A DNA stretch of 64,000 bases, taken from positions 66,821 through 130,820 of IMG/VR virus record IMGVR_UViG_3300035670_000040; one strand, 5' to 3'. Positions 59,101 through 64,000 of the stretch are shown one piece after another. Position numbers and translations under genes: made by a program. The notes under the pieces were generated by a model, which saw only the letters and a list, made by a program, of their open reading frames with translations, made no database searches and had not been told where the DNA came from. The DNA is from a virus. The stretch's first letter is position 1, and every line of letters begins with the position of its first letter.

Positions 59101-60870
59101 TGCTTTTGTTTTATACACAGGTATTTCATTTTCAAATATATTTAAATCATTAATACTTATATTTTTAAGCCAAGCAGCTTCTATTGGTGTACCACTTCTT
59201 TTATCCAATTTATATATTAAATCGGATTCTTCCATATCTCTACCAGCAACAGCACCCCTGAAACATTCTTCAGTATCTAATGTTTTTAATTCAACGGGAT
59301 CACAAAAATCATTTGAGATTGTTAATGGAATATTTTTAAAATCATTCTCAACTTTCATTAAGGGCCAAACAATATTGTTTAGTCCTTCTGATATTGGTAT
59401 TTCTGTTTCTTCAAATTTATACAAAAAAGCTACTTCTGTTTTACCAATTAAGTCATTATATGATGTATATACACCTGGTATATGTTTTTGTTTTATAATA
59501 ACATCAGAATCCAGTGCCGTTTTATCGGAATAAGCACCTTGTTTATAAAAATCTGTTTGATTTAAATAAATGTTATCACTTGATAAAGAAGGTAGTGGCA
59601 GAGTATAATAATTGTTCAGAATTATACTTTTTTCTCTATCTGATAAAAAATAAAAGAATTTATTAGAATCATCATTTGTTAAAAACCCTCTCCACTGATT
59701 TGTGTTTTTTGTTAAATTAAAACCAGTATAAGGCCAAATAAATCTTCTATTTTCATTTGGATCTACTGTAAATGAAACAGTTTTCTCACTATATTCTGTT
59801 CTTGGACCCATCAACCAAGCACCTTCTACATAACCTTTTTTATCTGTTAAAATTATATCAGATTCTTTAAAAGAACCTCCACCAGTTGCCCCGTTTGAAA
59901 TTAGATTTGAGTTGTTTATTTCTATAGGATAATAGATATTATCTATGTTTTCTATAGAATAAACTTTATCTCCACTTGGCCAAAAAAACCAGTTATTCCC
60001 TTGTTGCATGTTTATAACTGTTGTGAAGTCAGCAGTTATTTCTGTATCAGTTTTTACAGCAGTAAGACCGAAAAGATCATTACCCATATATTTTTCATTT
60101 AATGCAATTGTATTAATAGCATTTAAATATTCATATTCTGTGGTATCATCCTCTATATCTGCATTTAAATTTAAAAATTCTTGATAAAATTTTGATAAAG
60201 GATCATTTGCTCCTCTTTCTTTAACTGATGTTGATAGTAAACCGAGAAGTTGATTTCTGTTTATCTTACCTTTATATGGAAATGTGTTTAATAAATCATT
60301 TGTTTTAACAAAATCTTCAATGTTTGATTTGGGAGATTGATCAAAATAATTTGATTTGTCATAAAGTTCTTCTATTTCAATGTAAAACAAGCTATTTACA
60401 TCTTTTAATTCTGGTACAAGACCGGTTAATTCTTTGTAAGGAACAGGAGATATTTTATCTTTAGATGTAAAACTCCTTAAAATATATTCATATAAAAGTT
60501 TTTCTATTCCTCTATTAGAAGAAGTTAAATTATATTTTAATTTCGAATCTTTTAATGCTTTTCTTTTTTCATTAAAAGACTTTGCAAGTTCTTTAATTTT
60601 TGTTGTGAAATAAGGAAGAGAATTTATTAAATCTTCTCTATTATTAAAATCTATTTGAGATAAAAATCTGTCTCTTTTTTCATCACCAAATACATAATTT
60701 ATTTCTTTTAAAAGTTGAACATATTCGTTTCTTAAATTTGATTTTGGTGATTTCTGATTATTATACCATTCTACTAAATAATTTGAATAATTATAATAAT
60801 CATCAGTAGCCGAAAGTCCATTTTTGGCTAACCAATCAGTATAAGATAATGGTTTATTTTCATCATTCAT
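56107..60870 (-). CDS. Giant virion protein with von Willebrand A domain
   Basis: DIVLCVDISQS (MIDAS DxSxS), IGIVVF, TNIYEAV, IIIISDG. Confidence 0.75.
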   Translation of the reverse strand: MNDENKPLSYTDWLAKNGLSATDDYYNYSNYLVEWYNNQKSPKSNLRNEYVQLLKEINYVFGDEKRDRFLSQIDFNNREDLINSLPYFTTKIKELAKSFNEKRKALKDSKLKYNLTSSNRGIEKLLYEYILRSFTSKDKISPVPYKELTGLVPELKDVNSLFYIEIEELYDKSNYFDQSPKSNIEDFVKTNDLLNTFPYKGKINRNQLLGLLSTSVKERGANDPLSKFYQEFLNLNADIEDDTTEYEYLNAINTIALNEKYMGNDLFGLTAVKTDTEITADFTTVINMQQGNNWFFWPSGDKVYSIENIDNIYYPIEINNSNLISNGATGGGSFKESDIILTDKKGYVEGAWLMGPRTEYSEKTVSFTVDPNENRRFIWPYTGFNLTKNTNQWRGFLTNDDSNKFFYFLSDREKSIILNNYYTLPLPSLSSDNIYLNQTDFYKQGAYSDKTALDSDVIIKQKHIPGVYTSYNDLIGKTEVAFLYKFEETEIPISEGLNNIVWPLMKVENDFKNIPLTISNDFCDPVELKTLDTEECFRGAVAGRDMEESDLIYKLDKRSGTPIEAAWLKNISINDLNIFENEIPVYKTKATCCEKYTDGPNQNGLHTVIESGQRISFIWCGEDTLADEVFQYSSHQTNCEYDDKKRDYYINQDYSNPKPITDNIDFWNLCTCKSVLYSPIGHKGNNVTDYDGMCDVLYADPQGLAEDFDFSTWQDTRCLDYKSSPQFSFFKLNSSNSNLVGFGLGSWKTSTNAKMVLKTGRRYTYFRSHLKKVDNSGPKFVISYDYKNQKSKCLSSVPYDIVLCVDISQSQKYNLDTSKEIVKSIVSNVSDNVQIGIVVFDSRQIRASYMSTFPDLFSFLNILEDYNENNEFTYRTNIYEAVKLAYYLLTTQITENNKKSVLDLKKLCSDVNATIVNAQRVPVYNQPRQDAIKRIIIISDGNETSELAKDKDGNLLLPSYIDQITGNLNLIASLNTFSDLSNITDASKNDAYYIDDIDTLYKWNGSGWVTTKDSTIQIQSIDLGPMSVLNNVMENISTKGLYFNLQKYLNTNDIDNVERIIKDIVYKISQCGDIRSRWMKMIRNGNGDWISTEEETDIILRPNDNIAYVHRDAVNYSSPLNEYISFSTPSKNFIIKIPLRGWDYLTNKYVKDNIIVYRGAKPFWGKAYVDEDKDNNFNKELIYMGGHVRWLDYLPIKQPEVSEMIFEHSDHIEYVRRSPERVKFSHIIPMKESKTNYQWNKLEFSKQYSNLSKLFKNDSLEYIAKGTFQKSDFVLEETYEFKPAKYNYFARNALSFTQDLFLLYKCNPTYAQLLSGKVLEAKNPYAHLDNVNFPTIAILPYTNNFVSKKQTGHYLLPTKLGVPFFAGIGYNIQIDEAKVYELEKKGIEPIFLDPEKYGPITRGLSNVDNLSPTKITSIDNRWMMLPYGSGEVSGIITNTKNTQKFTPYQSEYEILGINQYGVSRPTDQFQFYNENRRWTGGGLNFRGEVSKDIYLDRRNKYLVDLGIVTNWGMDLYGNNYSLFKSKIDSRFIELDENYLKINYNDVEYDKSRLSTDDYPKDQQNPENYENITYNDKEQDYLEFLQED

Positions 60871-60884
60871 TTTATAAATTATTT

Positions 60885-61859
60885 TTAAACAAAAAACCCC
60901 TCTAAATACATATGTACATTAATTTGCCAATATCTTACGTCTTTATTTCCTGCACTTGCCATAACTCGCCAGTTAAACTTTTTATTAGTTTTATTAAATT
61001 CAACAATAGTTGTTAAAGCATCTTCACCTTCCCAATCAGTAGTTCTAGAACTACCAGTAGGATCAAGGCTTATTTTATTATTCCAAGCAGAATCTTCAGT
61101 AGATTTTACACTAAGATAGTGGGGAATATTATCTGTTGAATTAACATTTAACCTAATTCTAACAAAAGCCAAACCTTTTTCTGCTAAATTTAATGATTCT
61201 TTTAAATCAGATGGTAATGTATCTATTATAGAACTTAAATCAACTTCTTGTGTTCCGGAACTCCATTCGGGAGTATAGTAATTTCCTAAATCGGGGGTTG
61301 CTATATATCCATCAGAACCATATTTTTTGGTTAAAATGTTTGGATTTGATGAAGGATTGCTTGGGTTGGCTGGTATTAAAAAATAATGATTTGATTTAGG
61401 TGAAACATAAGCACCAGTAGAATCGGATCTACATGTTATTCCTTTTTCACCAGAAATACTTTTAAATTTTAAATTTGAATTTGAAGTATTTTTACCAGCA
61501 TAAATACCGACAACATTTGTTGCTTCGCTTTTTGTATTTTCACCATCAACCTTTGCATCTATCAAGATATTATCTGTTTGTTGTGTTAATACAATATCAG
61601 TTCCTGCTTTTAAACCCCTAAAATTTAAAACAGTTGTTCCTTGTTTACTAGTTGTAGAATTTTTATATATTTGAACTCTTCCGTCATCGGAACCAGCATT
61701 ATCCGCTTCGGTTTTTAGTTTAAGAATATAAGAAGCATTGAGTTGTTTAGTAGCGTAAACACCTTCTCTAATTTTTTCAGCAATAACAAGTAAATCTCCC
61801 GTTTCTAAATTATTCTTGTCTACTTTTGGTAATTCGCTTATTTTTAGTCCTTGTGCCAT
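60885..61859 (-). CDS. Short fibre protein with KISELP N-terminus
   Basis: KISELP...GDLLVI; two LxFxxLxxGxxI fibre repeats; beta-sandwich C-terminus. Confidence 0.65.
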   Translation of the reverse strand: MAQGLKISELPKVDKNNLETGDLLVIAEKIREGVYATKQLNASYILKLKTEADNAGSDDGRVQIYKNSTTSKQGTTVLNFRGLKAGTDIVLTQQTDNILIDAKVDGENTKSEATNVVGIYAGKNTSNSNLKFKSISGEKGITCRSDSTGAYVSPKSNHYFLIPANPSNPSSNPNILTKKYGSDGYIATPDLGNYYTPEWSSGTQEVDLSSIIDTLPSDLKESLNLAEKGLAFVRIRLNVNSTDNIPHYLSVKSTEDSAWNNKISLDPTGSSRTTDWEGEDALTTIVEFNKTNKKFNWRVMASAGNKDVRYWQINVHMYLEGFFV

Positions 61860-61877
61860 AAATTATAATTATCTTTT

Positions 61878-62153
61878 TTATATAACAGGATACAATGCAC
61901 TTCCATCCAGTTTTCGTATTTGTTGTTTTTTTGTACTATCTGTTTGTGTTAGAATAAATTTCGGATTCTTATTAGTAGATTCTGACATCTCAAGTTTTAT
62001 TATGTCATCTTCGTCAAGTTCTTCTATTAATTCTGTTCTAGGAACAAACACAGAAGTAGAAGGAGAATCTACAATAGAAATGGGGTATCTTCCTTTATAT
62101 ATTCTATTTTTATAATAATATTCTTCAGCTATGTAAAAGGGAATATCAAACAT
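61878..62153 (-). CDS. Small hypothetical structural protein
   Basis: 91-aa ORF at the head of the late block; TAATTA upstream. Confidence 0.6.
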   Translation of the reverse strand: MFDIPFYIAEEYYYKNRIYKGRYPISIVDSPSTSVFVPRTELIEELDEDDIIKLEMSESTNKNPKFILTQTDSTKKQQIRKLDGSALYPVI

Positions 62154-62184
62154 TATAATTAATTATCCATAAATACTAAATATT

Positions 62185-63153
62185 ATGATAATGAATAAAT
62201 TTGATAAAGTTTTAAATGAGGCATCAGAAGGAATAATCAAAAGTTCAAGTGGTTTAGGTGGAATAACAAATAGTATAGGAAATGTATACAATACAGCAAA
62301 ACAAGTTGCAACAAACCCAAGTTTAAGTCCATTATTAAATATCGCATCTTCTTTTTTTTCTGAAACAAATAAAATAAAACCTGTTGAAAGATCATCAGTA
62401 GAAAATATGCTTAGGGGGTTAAGCATAGCAGCAAATAGGTTTCTAAAAAATCCTGTTTTTTCACCAAATGCAGTCGTTTTATATGATTCAAATGTTACAG
62501 ATAAAAATGTACCAAATAAAGGAAAATTAATAGGTAGAGCAGTATCCCAAAAGGATACAATTGTTAAAAACTTTTTAGATTATTTAACAAAAAATAATTA
62601 TAAACTTCCTCCTATTGATAATAACGCAGGAAGAAAATTTTGGGTTGTTTTATCTCCTAAAGGAAATTCAACATTGAATACAATTTTAACAAAATGGCAA
62701 CAATTTTCTGAAGATATAAAAGATACGGTAAAATCAAAATTCAATAGTATAATTGGTAAATCAACACCACCACCACCACCAACAACAGTAAAAACAACAG
62801 GACGTTCAATCATACCAGACAATGAAGAACAATATTATACTTTTTATTTATCAGAAAGCATATACCCTAATAACATTGGAAAATTCGTAATATCAAGAAA
62901 TCCTAATTATAATAATAATGCAACATGGGATTCATCAAACACTTATTTAGAGTTGTTTGACCAAAAAACCGGAAGTGTACTTCATAAACTTGTACCAGTA
63001 AAAGAAAAAAATCAGTTTAGTGGACTTTTGCAAGCTGGACCAGAGACTGCATATGGAGTTTGGTATTTCTGTAAAGATTTAGAAGAACTACAATCAAAGA
63101 ATAAAGAAGAAAAAGAAACAACATCATCGTTTAATTTAAACACAAAAATTTAA
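62185..63153 (+). CDS. Hypothetical late protein, putative internal head protein
   Basis: Two TAAATA upstream; leader MNKFDKVLNEASE-G; PPPPP linker. Confidence 0.65.
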   Translation: MIMNKFDKVLNEASEGIIKSSSGLGGITNSIGNVYNTAKQVATNPSLSPLLNIASSFFSETNKIKPVERSSVENMLRGLSIAANRFLKNPVFSPNAVVLYDSNVTDKNVPNKGKLIGRAVSQKDTIVKNFLDYLTKNNYKLPPIDNNAGRKFWVVLSPKGNSTLNTILTKWQQFSEDIKDTVKSKFNSIIGKSTPPPPPTTVKTTGRSIIPDNEEQYYTFYLSESIYPNNIGKFVISRNPNYNNNATWDSSNTYLELFDQKTGSVLHKLVPVKEKNQFSGLLQAGPETAYGVWYFCKDLEELQSKNKEEKETTSSFNLNTKI

Positions 63154-63161
63154 AATTTGGT

Positions 63162-63190
63162 TTGACATTACAAAAAATTGTTCGTAACCT
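63162..63190 (+). promoter_or_regulatory. sigma70-type early promoter
   Basis: TTGACA-17 nt-TAACCT. Confidence 0.6.
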
Positions 63191-63199
63191 GTGAGGAGT

Positions 63200-63427
63200 A
63201 TGAAAAAAATACTCCAAACAATCATTCTAACATCAATATCGTTCTCATTTGTTGGTTGTGCATTCCATACAACTAGATCATATACATATGGCTCAACAGA
63301 ACGGTTGGTTGTTGAAAAACAACCAATAATTATTAATCAAACACCATATTATCAACCAGCTAGAAGAGTGTCTCCTGTATATTCACCAGCACCAGAATAT
63401 CAAAATGTTTCTCTTGTGTGTTATTAA
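63200..63427 (+). CDS. Small lipoprotein
   Basis: MKKILQTIILTSISFSFVG-C signal II with lipobox; Pro/Tyr-rich mature part. ATG 63200 preferred. Confidence 0.75.
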   Translation: MKKILQTIILTSISFSFVGCAFHTTRSYTYGSTERLVVEKQPIIINQTPYYQPARRVSPVYSPAPEYQNVSLVCY

Positions 63428-63441
63428 TTTTATAAATGACC

Positions 63442-63472
63442 TGTTTTATGTATAAGTATTATACATAAAACA
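63442..63472 (+). promoter_or_regulatory. 14-bp perfect inverted repeat centred on a TAAGTA late promoter and reaching the start codon
   Basis: TGTTTTATGTATAA-GTA-TTATACATAAAACA; the last A is the A of ATG 63472. Confidence 0.75.
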
Positions 63473-64000
63473 TGAAAAGAAAAGATGATTTATTGTTAGA
63501 AAACCTATATCAAGAAGGTATACTTGATAGACTTCGTGGACAAGGTTCTGGCTTATTACGCGGTGCTGGCGCAACCTTACAAAAGGTTGGTTCAAAAATA
63601 TCAGGAACCGAATCCCCAAAAATATCTGCAAGAGCAGAATATGCAAAAGCACAACAAAAATCTCTTTTAAATTCTTTCAAGAAAAAAGTAGAATCTGAAA
63701 TAAACGATTTCTATAATGATCTTAAATCATTCAAGGTCGATCCAGACCCCAATCAATTGGAAAAAGATTTTCCTGTAATTGCTCAAAAATTAAAAGTAAT
63801 TCAAAATTTAAAAAATTATCTTTCAGATCCGAACAAATATCCAAAACCATCTACAATATCTCCTGATTTTGAGGTTCTTCCACCAGAAGGTGTTGCTCAA
63901 CAACAGCAAACTCAACAGAAAACTCTTCCATCAACCGGAGAAAAACTGGGTTTACCTTCAAATAATAGAATAGGACTTCCTGCTCCAGAGGAGAAGGAAG
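63472..64000 (+). CDS. Hypothetical late protein, putative internal head protein (partial)
   Basis: Manual translation MKRKDDLLLENLYQE-GILDRLRG... is open to the window end; not in the ORF track. Confidence 0.8.
   Translation, partial: MKRKDDLLLENLYQEGILDRLRGQGSGLLRGAGATLQKVGSKISGTESPKISARAEYAKAQQKSLLNSFKKKVESEINDFYNDLKSFKVDPDPNQLEKDFPVIAQKLKVIQNLKNYLSDPNKYPKPSTISPDFEVLPPEGVAQQQQTQQKTLPSTGEKLGLPSNNRIGLPAPEEKE

Noticed and set aside
62163-63652. Minus-strand ORFs 62163-62426, 62598-62822 and 63446-63652, and similar short antisense ORFs elsewhere
   Set aside because: They lie opposite longer, better-supported genes.
1-64000. Stop-codon reassignment
   Set aside because: Core genes are full length in the standard code, and TAA, TGA and TAG all appear as genuine ends.
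1-64000. tRNAs, CRISPR arrays, introns or inteins
   Set aside because: Intergenic gaps are under ~100 nt with no cloverleaf or repeat-spacer pattern seen; primase, helicase, gp44, portal and gp23 look uninterrupted.

Overview
AT-rich segment of a large T4-like (gp23/gp20/gp21-type) contractile-tailed dsDNA phage, read with the standard code. I saw no tRNA, rRNA, CRISPR array, integrase or reverse transcriptase. Contents: (i) a >1160-aa tail fibre running off the left edge on the minus strand, missed by the ORF track; (ii) a replication/auxiliary block (nucleotide-kinase-like P-loop protein, gp61 primase, glycosyltransferase, DUF366-like, gp62, GroES, DinG-type helicase) interleaved with late genes; (iii) gp15, then a ~25 kb minus-strand baseplate/fibre block (gp25, gp6, gp7-like and very large PKD/NHL/LamG proteins) ending in three paralogues (two Cys-rich), a tail assembly chaperone, a CxxC protein and a ferritin-like protein; (iv) gp44, gp16 and a free-standing Hef-like endonuclease; (v) the head/neck module (gp23, 22, 21, 4, 13, 20) with fibre genes between portal and neck, and a vWA-containing giant protein. 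The most interesting signals are these. About seven orphan late genes share an N-terminal capsid-targeting-like F...L-x-E motif and are candidate injected proteins. Start codons typically lie only 5-15 nt after TAA(A/G/T)TA late or sigma70 -10 elements, implying mostly leaderless or short-leader mRNAs. Two promoter-overlapping hairpins could gate early versus late expression. A Cys-ladder fibre module sits next to a ferritin-like gene. A recurrent C-terminal-peptide/N-terminal KISELP pairing may be a fibre docking code. All product calls come from motif recognition by eye, not from database searches.
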